This document shows positions 27,121 through 34,784 of a stretch of 64,000 nt of DNA, piece by piece (positions within the stretch are counted from its first letter, which is position 1; each line of letters begins with the position of its first letter). A program made the translations under genes and the position numbers. The stretch is from Verrucomicrobiia bacterium. GTDB taxonomy: Bacteria > Verrucomicrobiota > Verrucomicrobiia > Limisphaerales > UBA1100. Below the pieces are notes generated by a model. It searched no databases, was not told where the DNA came from, and worked only from the letters and a program-made list of their open reading frames with translations. The stretch is taken from assembly GCA_014239365.1 (NCBI GenBank), contig JAAZZB010000049.1, positions 32,641 through 96,640 of the forward strand, written 5' to 3'.

Positions 27121-29784
27121 TCAGGGCGAAGCGTTACCAGCTTTGTCCAATGCATCCAAGACCTTTTCCGGCCCGTTCATCACCGGCGGCAAAATAATCG
27201 CCTCCCCTTCCGGCGGATACACCAAAACCAACGGCACCCCCGCGCGTTTGTGTTGGTGCAGCACTTTGGTGATGACTTCATCCTTGTTAGTCCAATCCGC
27301 GATGAAAGCCACCCCATCCAGCTCGGCCAATTTTTCGATCACTGAATCCACCTCAATCGCGCGGCCTTTGGTGTATTTGCAGGTCATGCACCAATCCGCC
27401 GTGAAATCCACTAGCACCGGATGCCCCGCCGCGCGGGCTTCGGCCACGGCTTCGGGGTTCCATTTCCGCCACTGCACGCCGTCCGCTTTCACTTCGATGC
27501 CGCCGCCCACGGTCGTCCGGTTTTCCGGATGTCGCCAGTCCAGCCCCCATTCCAACGCCATCGCATAACCCGCCGCCAACAATAATGCGCAAGCCACTAA
27601 CGGCTTGGAACTTTTGGCCACCGTGCGCTGCATAAATTCGCCAAACACCCAAGCCGTTAAGCCCACAAACACCAGCAACACGCCCAGCCACATCACGCCG
27701 CTTTCGCCAAACATCGGCCCGGTGAACGACAGCACCCACACCGCCGCCGCCAGCATCGGGAAGCCCATTATTTGTTTGAACTGCACCATCCAGCTTCCCG
27801 GCTTCGGCAAAAATTTCAGCCACGCCGGATTGAAGCTCAGCAAAATATATGGAAACGCCAACCCCGCCGCCACCGCGCCCATCGCCGCGATGATCACGCC
27901 GTTGGATTGCGAAAGCGCCGCGCCCATTCCGCTCGCCAAAAACGGTGCCGTGCAAGGCGTGGCCAATGCCGTGGCGAGGATGCCATTAAAGAATGCGCCA
28001 AGATACCCTTCGCGACTCGCCAACGCGTTGGCCTTCGTCATCGCGCTGCCGCCGCCCAGCGATACTTCGAACACGCCGAACAAATTCAACGCCACCAAAG
28101 TGACCACCAACATCAAAACTAAATTGAAATTCGGGCTTTGCATTTGCATCCCCCACGACGCCATTCCGGTGGCTTGCTTGGCCCCAATCATCACCCCCGC
28201 CAGCACCATAAACGAAAAGAAAACTCCCATCCCATAAGTAAGCCCAAGATTCCGCAAACGCCCCGGCGCCTCCTGACTCTGCTGAACGAAGCCCAAAATC
28301 TTCATCGAAATCACCGGCAACACGCACGGCATCACGTTGAGAATCAATCCCCCCAAAAACGCGAAGCTCAAAATATACCAAATGGATTTGGGGGCATCAT
28401 CCGCCAAGCCGCCGCCACCCTCGCCACCGTTTTTGCCACTTTCCCCCGGCACCTTGGCCAGCCACGCTTTGAATTCCATCGGTGCATTTGCCAGCTTAGC
28501 CTCGCTGCCGATTTTTAATGTGAGTTGAATTTCCTTCTCCTGAGGCACGCAAGTTTTGTCATCGCATTCCTGCCACAAAACGTTCAGGCCAATTTCATAA
28601 TCGCCCGCCGCCACGCCCTTCGCCACCGTCAGCGGCGCGAGCAACATCACTTGGTGTTCGTACACGTTGGCCGTCTCGCCAAATAATTCCAGTTGCGTGT
28701 GTTGCGGCCATTTGATTTCGCCCGCAGTGATGCCCTCGGGCAACGTCCATTCAAACTTCGGCGGTTCGCCCGGCGCGCCCGGTTCTTTCCAAAAAATATG
28801 CCAATGCTTCGGAATGCTGAACGACACGCCCGCCAACACCTCACCGCCGGGCACGGCTTGAACATGATCCAGCCGCGCACTCACTTGGCACTGGGCGTCG
28901 CCAAACAAACCGCCGCCAAAGCTGCCCGAACCAAACGGTTCCTCCTCTTCCTTTGCGCCAATTTGAAATGCCGTTTCGTGACTGGTGACTTTGCCGTTTT
29001 CCTCAAACCGAACCACGCCGCGCACTTCGTCGGGCCATTGGCCGGTTTTGCTGGTGATTTTTTTGGTGAGGATGAATTCGCTTTCGCTTTTGGCCAGCGA
29101 GGTGGCGTGGGCGATTTCCCATTTCTTGCCCGATGTGCTGAAGGGCAGAAATTGCACGATGGTATCTTTGCTACCCACCGGCACGATCAGTTTCAAAATG
29201 CGCTCGCCATCGGCATTCGCCGTCCCGACCCAATGGGAGGGGAGTTGGGGCAACTCATTTTTTGCCGGCCATTGAGCGCGAGCTTCTTGAAAGAAATTCG
29301 CGTGTGGGCCGGGCTTGGGTTCCGCACCGACTATCAACTTTGCGCTCACTTCGGCTTCGCCGGGGATGCACGTTTCCTCGCACTCCAGCCAATCGACTTT
29401 TGCTTTTAGCAGATGCTCGCCCGCGGGCAAATCCGCCGCCAACGTGAGTGGCACGATCAAGAGTACTTCGCCGTGGTAGGCGTAAGTGAACATTTCCAAC
29501 CACTCGACTTTCTCCGGCACGGGCCATTGGATTTCGCCGGCGGTGATGCCTTTGGGGAGAGTCCACTTGATCGTCGTGGGCGTGCCGTTCTCGCCGGCGT
29601 TGCGCCAGTACGTGTGCCAACCGTCGGGCATTTCCAGCCGCATCCCCACCTCAATGGCGCTGCCCGCTTTGGCCACGGCGGGGTTTACCAGCAGGGTGAC
29701 TTTTGTTTTGGCACCGAAATCAAAATCCTGCGCCGATGCAATGCCCGCGCTTAATATCAATAAAATGGAAAACAACCGCCTCAT
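27121..29784 (-). CDS. dsbD: DsbD-family thiol:disulfide reductase with duplicated N-terminal domain
   Basis: 887 aa. It has two DsbD-N-like domains with Cys pairs (WLECEETC, WQECDDKTC), a CcdA/DsbD membrane core (NVMPCVLPVISMKILGF, ALATPCTAPFL) and a C-terminal thioredoxin fold with DWCMTCK. Confidence 0.8.
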   Translation of the reverse strand: MRRLFSILLILSAGIASAQDFDFGAKTKVTLLVNPAVAKAGSAIEVGMRLEMPDGWHTYWRNAGENGTPTTIKWTLPKGITAGEIQWPVPEKVEWLEMFTYAYHGEVLLIVPLTLAADLPAGEHLLKAKVDWLECEETCIPGEAEVSAKLIVGAEPKPGPHANFFQEARAQWPAKNELPQLPSHWVGTANADGERILKLIVPVGSKDTIVQFLPFSTSGKKWEIAHATSLAKSESEFILTKKITSKTGQWPDEVRGVVRFEENGKVTSHETAFQIGAKEEEEPFGSGSFGGGLFGDAQCQVSARLDHVQAVPGGEVLAGVSFSIPKHWHIFWKEPGAPGEPPKFEWTLPEGITAGEIKWPQHTQLELFGETANVYEHQVMLLAPLTVAKGVAAGDYEIGLNVLWQECDDKTCVPQEKEIQLTLKIGSEAKLANAPMEFKAWLAKVPGESGKNGGEGGGGLADDAPKSIWYILSFAFLGGLILNVMPCVLPVISMKILGFVQQSQEAPGRLRNLGLTYGMGVFFSFMVLAGVMIGAKQATGMASWGMQMQSPNFNLVLMLVVTLVALNLFGVFEVSLGGGSAMTKANALASREGYLGAFFNGILATALATPCTAPFLASGMGAALSQSNGVIIAAMGAVAAGLAFPYILLSFNPAWLKFLPKPGSWMVQFKQIMGFPMLAAAVWVLSFTGPMFGESGVMWLGVLLVFVGLTAWVFGEFMQRTVAKSSKPLVACALLLAAGYAMALEWGLDWRHPENRTTVGGGIEVKADGVQWRKWNPEAVAEARAAGHPVLVDFTADWCMTCKYTKGRAIEVDSVIEKLAELDGVAFIADWTNKDEVITKVLHQHKRAGVPLVLVYPPEGEAIILPPVMNGPEKVLDALDKAGNASP

Positions 29785-29861
29785 CCTGAAAAAAGCCTCT
29801 CAAAAAAGACGCCCCATTGAAATGCTTTATTCGCGCGCCAGCTTGTCATACACTCCCCGCA

Positions 29862-30260
29862 ATGCTCGCGAGCAAACGCAAATCTGAATCGGCCACCGCC
29901 GGAAGCGAAGTCAACTATCGCACCGGCGATGAACGCCTGGTGAAGCTCACCGACGCCGCCGCAGAGAAAGTCTCCGGACTCCTCCAACGCCAAGGCCGTC
30001 CGCAGGGCGTGTTGCGCGTGGCCGTCACTGGCGGCGGCTGCAGCGGCTTGCAGTACAAAATGGATTTGCAGGACACCCCCGCCAACCGTGATATCCTTGT
30101 GGAAAGCTGCGGCATCCGCGTCGTGGTCGATCCCAAAAGCGCACTGTACGTCACAGGCAGCGAGCTGGACTACAAAACCGGCTTCGAAGATTCCGGCTTC
30201 AAAGTCAACAACCCCAATGCCGCCACCACCTGTTCCTGCGGCGAAAGCTTCAGCGCGTGA
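29862..30260 (+). CDS. iron-sulfur cluster insertion protein (HesB/IscA/ErpA family)
   Basis: VAVTGGGCSGLQY and the C-terminal CSCGESF are the three conserved Cys of A-type carriers. The start is chosen at the internal Met (MLASKRK...). Confidence 0.8.
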   Translation: MLASKRKSESATAGSEVNYRTGDERLVKLTDAAAEKVSGLLQRQGRPQGVLRVAVTGGGCSGLQYKMDLQDTPANRDILVESCGIRVVVDPKSALYVTGSELDYKTGFEDSGFKVNNPNAATTCSCGESFSA

Positions 30261-30362
30261 GTGTTGCACTGCTCATTCTCATTGCGATTGGAGTCATCGC
30301 CCTTGGCGTCATCGCCGGAGCCATCGGCCTCGGCATTTGGCTTTGGCAACGGGAAAATAAAG

Positions 30363-30932
30363 ATGACTGACGCCTTCGCGCTGCTCGATGAACCGCGCCA
30401 ACCGTGGCTGGATCCCGCCGCGCTCAAGGAAAAATTCCTCGCTCGCTCAGCCACCACGCATCCGGATAAATTCACCGACCCCACCGAAAAGTCCGCCGCC
30501 CAAACCCGCTTCGCCGAACTCAACACCGCCCACGAAACCCTGCGCAACTCCAAGCGCCGCCTCCAACACCTCCTTACCCTCGAACGCGGCCGCAAGCCCG
30601 ACGAAGTCCACGACATCCTCCCCGCCACCGCCGAGCTCTTCCAACAAGTCGGCCAACTCCTCCGCGACATCGACCCCTTCCTCGCCCAACGCGAAGCCGA
30701 AACCTCCCCCCTCCTCAAAGCCCAAACCTACCCCCAAGCCCTCGACTGGCTCGACCAAGTCAACACCCTCCAAAACACCCTCACCCAAACCCTCCAAACC
30801 CACGACACCCAACTCCTTTCCCTAAACAAAAACTGGACCCCCGAAACCCTCGAACCCCTCTACCACCAATACAGCTACCTCCAAAAATGGCAGGAACAGC
30901 TGACCGACCGCGCCGTGCGATTGGGGTTTTGA
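30363..30932 (+). CDS. hscB: J-domain co-chaperone, HscB-like
   Basis: Start chosen at MTDAFALLDEP. An HPD motif is present (ATTHPDKF), followed by a helical C-domain. It is adjacent to the A-type Fe-S carrier. Confidence 0.55.
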   Translation: MTDAFALLDEPRQPWLDPAALKEKFLARSATTHPDKFTDPTEKSAAQTRFAELNTAHETLRNSKRRLQHLLTLERGRKPDEVHDILPATAELFQQVGQLLRDIDPFLAQREAETSPLLKAQTYPQALDWLDQVNTLQNTLTQTLQTHDTQLLSLNKNWTPETLEPLYHQYSYLQKWQEQLTDRAVRLGF

Positions 30933-31000
30933 ATTTACGAATGACGATTGGGGATTGACGAATGGGTTTCCATTCGCAAACCCAAATGAAAGTGCCCTCC

Positions 31001-31128
31001 AATGTAGCCCGGGCCGGTGGCCCGGGGCCCGGACCACCGGTCCGGGCTACAACCCAACCAATCGTAATTTTTCAATCGCAATTCAAAAATTCATTTACAC
31101 CCGCGCCTCAGCGCGTACTCTTTCACCT
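31001..31128 (+). repeat. composite repeat copy 1 (GC-rich palindrome plus AT-rich promoter-like tail)
   Basis: The core GTAGCCCGGGCCGGTGGCCCGGGGCCCGGACCACCGGTCCGGGCTAC lies at 31004-31050. The tail ends at the ATG of the 31129 gene. Confidence 0.85.
31094..31121 (+). promoter_or_regulatory. candidate promoter for a leaderless transcript (inside repeat copy 1)
   Basis: TTTACA, 16 nt, TACTCT, with the ATG 7 nt after the -10-like hexamer and no Shine-Dalgarno sequence. The same geometry occurs in copy 3. Confidence 0.35.
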
Positions 31129-31560
31129 ATGAAACAAACCTTTGTTTTTCTCATTGCGATGATTGGGTTTTGTCAAACATCGTTTGCCTCTCGACTAGTT
31201 CGCATTGAAGTTTCACTTGGAGATGTGGTCATTCTAGAGGGCTCGACCGGCGACAATGGGCGTCCAAACGCGGATGAAGTTTGGAAGTATCTTGCCAAAG
31301 TCCACCTTCGCCCAACAAAAGATTTCGAGCACCTTGTGCCGAAAAATGCCATCATCGCTAATAAACTTTTCTTGAACGCCAAAGGAAAATTGGTTGTCCA
31401 ATATGGCGGACAAATGGAATTCAAATCAGTTACATTCATCAAAGTGGAACATCGGGGGAAACCGTATTGGCAGTTGGAGCCGGTCTACATTAGTCGATGG
31501 ACCAATAGCCGATTAATCAGACGGTCTGATGCAGGAGGACTAAAAGGCTTCGGCAAGTAA
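31129..31560 (+). CDS. secreted hypothetical protein
   Basis: 143 aa with signal peptide MKQTFVFLIAMIGFCQTSFA. No family recognised. A sampled line in this gene counted 43% GC. Confidence 0.5.
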   Translation: MKQTFVFLIAMIGFCQTSFASRLVRIEVSLGDVVILEGSTGDNGRPNADEVWKYLAKVHLRPTKDFEHLVPKNAIIANKLFLNAKGKLVVQYGGQMEFKSVTFIKVEHRGKPYWQLEPVYISRWTNSRLIRRSDAGGLKGFGK

Positions 31561-31563
31561 GTT

Positions 31564-31691
31564 GCTGTAGCCCGGGCCGGTGGCCCGGGGCCCGGACCAC
31601 CGGTCCGGGCTACAATCCAACCAATCATAAATCTTCAATCATCATTCAAAAATTCATTTACACCCGCGCCGCTGCGGGCATCCTTTTGCCT
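31564..31691 (+). repeat. composite repeat copy 2
   Basis: Core at 31567-31613 and a tail ending at ATG 31692. Only a 39-codon dead-end ORF follows (MKLSKMRTEPF...). Confidence 0.85.
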
Positions 31692-31722
31692 ATGAAGTTG
31701 TCAAAAATGAGAACTGAACCGT

Positions 31723-32073
31723 TTATGATTCCAACTCATTTTTCAGGCTTGGCCCCATCAATGGAATCAATTGACCCACCACATTCTTATGCCCCGTCAA
31801 GTTTTCAATAAATGACACTGAAATAAGTTCGCGCACACATTCATCGGAATTGCACATCGAATGCTCAAAATAGTTTAGAATGCGACACACAGAATCCTCG
31901 GAGCCAATCGCCCCTTCGCCGGATGCTTCAATAACAAATCGTGTCACGTCACCAAGGAATATGTGCGGCAGAATTTCATCGTTAGCACTGATATGTTCAT
32001 CATATCGTTGCTTAAGTTCCGGCACCTGATTCAGAAGCCCCTCGATAAATTCAATTGAAGAGAGGTCTCTCAA
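31723..32073 (-). CDS. hypothetical protein, candidate orphan immunity protein
   Basis: 116 aa, acidic, with no signal peptide and a TTG start directly after the upstream stop in the same frame. It is the last gene of the toxin/immunity train, in a low-GC segment (38% in a sampled line). Confidence 0.4.
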   Translation of the reverse strand: MRDLSSIEFIEGLLNQVPELKQRYDEHISANDEILPHIFLGDVTRFVIEASGEGAIGSEDSVCRILNYFEHSMCNSDECVRELISVSFIENLTGHKNVVGQLIPLMGPSLKNELES

Positions 32074-32106
32074 ATCATTTTCCTTCCAAGGTGGATTGAA
32101 GGTCTT

Positions 32107-32340
32107 TTAAGATTTCTTTGGGAATTGCCTCAATTGTTCAATTGTCATTTCAAATTCAAAGCCTTCTTCCATAACGATCACCTTCATCATTTGTTTTTGT
32201 AAATCCGAATCATCAATATCATAACCGCAACCCAAATCGGAATATTCTGTAAATGCCCAACGCGCCAGCTTGGCTGGATCGTATCCCCCTCCCAATTGTC
32301 GCCTTAATCGCCGTGCGAATTCTTTTTTCGTATAACTCAT
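32107..32340 (-). CDS. hypothetical small protein, candidate orphan immunity protein
   Basis: 77 aa (MSYTKKEFARRLRRQLGGGYDPAKLARWAFTEY...MEEGFEFEMTIEQLRQF). The call rests on context and size only. Confidence 0.4.
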   Translation of the reverse strand: MSYTKKEFARRLRRQLGGGYDPAKLARWAFTEYSDLGCGYDIDDSDLQKQMMKVIVMEEGFEFEMTIEQLRQFPKKS

Positions 32341-32382
32341 CGCCCCATTTCAGTTCCAGTTGGATTCTTAGTTTTCACAGCT

Positions 32383-32844
32383 TCACATAAATTTCAACAC
32401 GTCGAAACTCCCAATGCTTTCAGCTAAATCCTTCGGGGATACTTCATAAGCATTTTTAAGATTTCTGTCTGCTCCTGAAGTAAGTAACAATGTGATTAAT
32501 TCCCCGTGCCCATCTGAGTTGAATACGGCATTTGATAAAGGTGTGTTTCCGTCGTCATCCTGCGGATCAATATTCGCACCATTTTCCAGAAGTAATTTAG
32601 CCAAATCGGTTTCGAATCCCGCAGACGCGTAATGAAGCGGAGCACAGTGATGATTGTCTAATAAATTGGGATCAGCCCCTCCTTTCAAAAGGATCAATGC
32701 CATTTCCTTCCGCCCATCGATGATTGAATGAAATAATGCAGTTCGATTATCACCATCAACTGCGTCAACATCCGTAGAAGGCTCTTCAAGTGCCAATCGA
32801 AGCTGATCGGATTTCCCTTTAAAAACTAACTCAATTAAATCCAA
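32383..32844 (-). CDS. ankyrin-repeat protein (candidate immunity protein)
   Basis: 153 aa with three to four ANK units (NRTALFHSIIDGRKEMALILLKGGADPN, HCAPLHYASAGFETDLAKLLLENGANID, GNTPLSNAV...LLLTSGADRN). It starts 3 nt after the GH-E-like fragment. Confidence 0.85.
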   Translation of the reverse strand: MDLIELVFKGKSDQLRLALEEPSTDVDAVDGDNRTALFHSIIDGRKEMALILLKGGADPNLLDNHHCAPLHYASAGFETDLAKLLLENGANIDPQDDDGNTPLSNAVFNSDGHGELITLLLTSGADRNLKNAYEVSPKDLAESIGSFDVLKFM

Positions 32845-32847
32845 CAG

Positions 32848-33075
32848 TTAATCTTTCATCTCGAACCGATGGCTCCGGTTTGAACTTGGATCTTCTAGCT
32901 GATAAAGATCGGGATTATTCATTCTATCATTGAACTCCTTCTGAGTTAACCCCTCAACCTCAGCCTTTGCTTTTTCTCTTCGAAACACGGGGGACCCTAG
33001 CCCCGCCACTTCAGTTCTCAAAAACATCCACCCCATTTTTCCGAACCGAGACATTCCCGTCACCTGGCCAAACAC
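32848..33075 (-). CDS. orphan toxin-tip fragment, GH-E (HNH/EndoVII) nuclease-like
   Basis: The 75-aa ORF ends ...GLTQKEFNDRMNNPDLYQLEDPSSNRSHRFEMKD, which matches my recollection of the C-terminal half of GH-E nuclease tips. It has no secretion or N-terminal toxin body and overlaps the upstream ORF by 65 nt. Confidence 0.4.
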   Translation of the reverse strand: MFGQVTGMSRFGKMGWMFLRTEVAGLGSPVFRREKAKAEVEGLTQKEFNDRMNNPDLYQLEDPSSNRSHRFEMKD

Positions 33076-33259
33076 TCAGCACCAAATGAGATTTTGATTC
33101 CTTTTCTACACTCACTGTCGCCGGCTCCATAGTGAATGCATCATACACAGCAACGCTTTCATTCTCCTGAAGAGTTATTATCACAGCTTCCGGCTCAATA
33201 TGTATTTCAAGCGGAATTTGCATTCCGTTTTTGATATTGAAAACATTTTGAGCAGTCAT
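33011..33259 (-). CDS. hypothetical small protein, candidate cognate immunity of the 425-aa protein
   Basis: 82 aa, starting 11 nt downstream of the 425-aa gene, with no signal peptide. The call rests on position only. Confidence 0.4.
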   Translation of the reverse strand: MTAQNVFNIKNGMQIPLEIHIEPEAVIITLQENESVAVYDAFTMEPATVSVEKESKSHLVLSVWPGDGNVSVRKNGVDVFEN

Positions 33260-33270
33260 TTCTAGTTCTT

Positions 33271-34548
33271 TTATTTAAACACATTCAAGGCAATTGCTCG
33301 CAATTGGGCCGCCCGACCTGCGGCACTTGGGTTTTGCGGGGTAATTCGGGCAACATCTTCGTACGCTCTGGCCACATCGAGCAATTCCTCGCGTGTCCAG
33401 CCTCTTTCCAAAAGAGCTTCCTGCGAAAAACTCTCTGGGGTCTTCGAAACTCGCCTTGGTTTCCACCCGAAAAATTCACCAACTTCGCGCAAGCTAGATC
33501 GGCCGACAGCTCTAATCCTTTGCTTTAACCCCACTTCAGCCAATGTGTTCACCGGGGTATTGGCGGCCCCTCCTGCTCTTGCTGTTCCAATGACGGGTGG
33601 CCCGATCACTGGCGGTGGGGTTGGCGGAATGACTCCGTATCTGGTTAGTGCGCTCCACCCGCCAGCGGCGACTCCTGCCGTAGCCGCCACACCGCCTCCT
33701 ATTCGGGCACCACGTTGGTACCAATTCCCCACTGGCTCACCGGTCATTAAATCGATATTACTGGCTCCGGACCAAACCTCCCCTACATTCCAGCTTGTGA
33801 GTGCGTAGCTCCCAGCATCCACAAAACCATCTTCATTATATATGGTATCAATATTTCTCCCAAATCGTGCCAAGCCTGCGGCTAAATGTCGTGGAGAAGC
33901 CATTCCCGCCATCGATTCATTGAGGCTCGCGCCTGCCGCAGCCAATCCGCCCAAGGTGGGCGAATCCGTTCTATTGCTCAAATCATCCCATCCTCTGCTA
34001 GAATACTGGAACAACTCGGAAAGCAACTCCCGATTGCTCGCGTAGATGAGCCTGTTGATTAGAAGTTCATTCGCCCGGGCAGCTTCCTGACATTCTTCCC
34101 AATCCCAAAAGTCGCTTTCATCGGCTAATCCTCCTCCGGCCCGAATCCATTCCGCCTCAGTCCAGCACCCGATCGCTTTATCAATCATTAAGGCAATGTC
34201 TGCCGAATTTTCTTTGTAGGCCCAATCCACAAAATGCCCAATGGGCAACAGCACCCAATCCGGATCGCTCAAATCTGGCACCCAATCTCCTTCGGGAATT
34301 GCGACCCTTCCATCCTTTGGTGGCCCTCCGTGGCGCTGCCAATATGCGTGGATAGCTTCCATTGCCACAGCGTCCGTCCAGCGTGGCAAACCCAAATCTC
34401 CCATAATGCCATCCCAAATCTCTAAGCGCACCTCCTCCAAAACGCCCTCAAATAAACTATCGCCGCCTTCGTCAGCAGCATTAGTGAATGAGGGAAACAG
34501 AAACAGAACTGTCAGGAATGCTCTTGAGATTATTTGCTTCATTTTCAT
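33271..34548 (-). CDS. secreted polymorphic-toxin-like protein (signal peptide, PT-TG-like module, unassigned C-terminal domain)
   Basis: 425 aa. Signal MKMKQIISRAFLTVLFLFPSFTNA/ADEGG. NIDLMTGEPVGNWYQRGARIGGGVAATAGVAAGGW resembles the pre-toxin TG module. A Pro-rich linker IPPTPPPVIGPPVIG precedes a C-terminal domain of about 95 aa. Confidence 0.5.
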   Translation of the reverse strand: MKMKQIISRAFLTVLFLFPSFTNAADEGGDSLFEGVLEEVRLEIWDGIMGDLGLPRWTDAVAMEAIHAYWQRHGGPPKDGRVAIPEGDWVPDLSDPDWVLLPIGHFVDWAYKENSADIALMIDKAIGCWTEAEWIRAGGGLADESDFWDWEECQEAARANELLINRLIYASNRELLSELFQYSSRGWDDLSNRTDSPTLGGLAAAGASLNESMAGMASPRHLAAGLARFGRNIDTIYNEDGFVDAGSYALTSWNVGEVWSGASNIDLMTGEPVGNWYQRGARIGGGVAATAGVAAGGWSALTRYGVIPPTPPPVIGPPVIGTARAGGAANTPVNTLAEVGLKQRIRAVGRSSLREVGEFFGWKPRRVSKTPESFSQEALLERGWTREELLDVARAYEDVARITPQNPSAAGRAAQLRAIALNVFK

Positions 34549-34656
34549 AAGAGGCTCAATTCAGCACCTCGGTTCTCTGCTTGTCAATATTTATGAAAAA
34601 AACTGCCTGCCCACAACTTATTGGAATTCATTCCCATTATCGACCACCGACACCCC

Positions 34657-34784
34657 AATGTAGCCCGGGCCGGTGGCCCGGGGCCCGGACCACCGGTCCG
34701 GGCTACAACCCAACCAATCGTAAATCTTCAATCGCAATTCAAAAACTCATTTACACCGCCTCCCCATCGCGTACTCTTTCGCGC
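34657..34784 (+). repeat. composite repeat copy 3
   Basis: Core at 34660-34706. The tail holds TTTACA (34750-34755) and TACTCT (34772-34777) and ends at the ATG of the DUF1080 gene. Confidence 0.85.

Noticed and set aside
30388-30825. A 145-aa P/S/T/K-rich alternative-frame ORF, together with strong C-over-G strand skew across the hscB-like gene. The same skew is seen in gluQ, the rfaE-like gene and hpt.
   Set aside because: The skew follows the coding strand and reflects a preference for C-ending codons. The alternative frame is low-complexity. The annotated frame carries the J-domain HPD motif.
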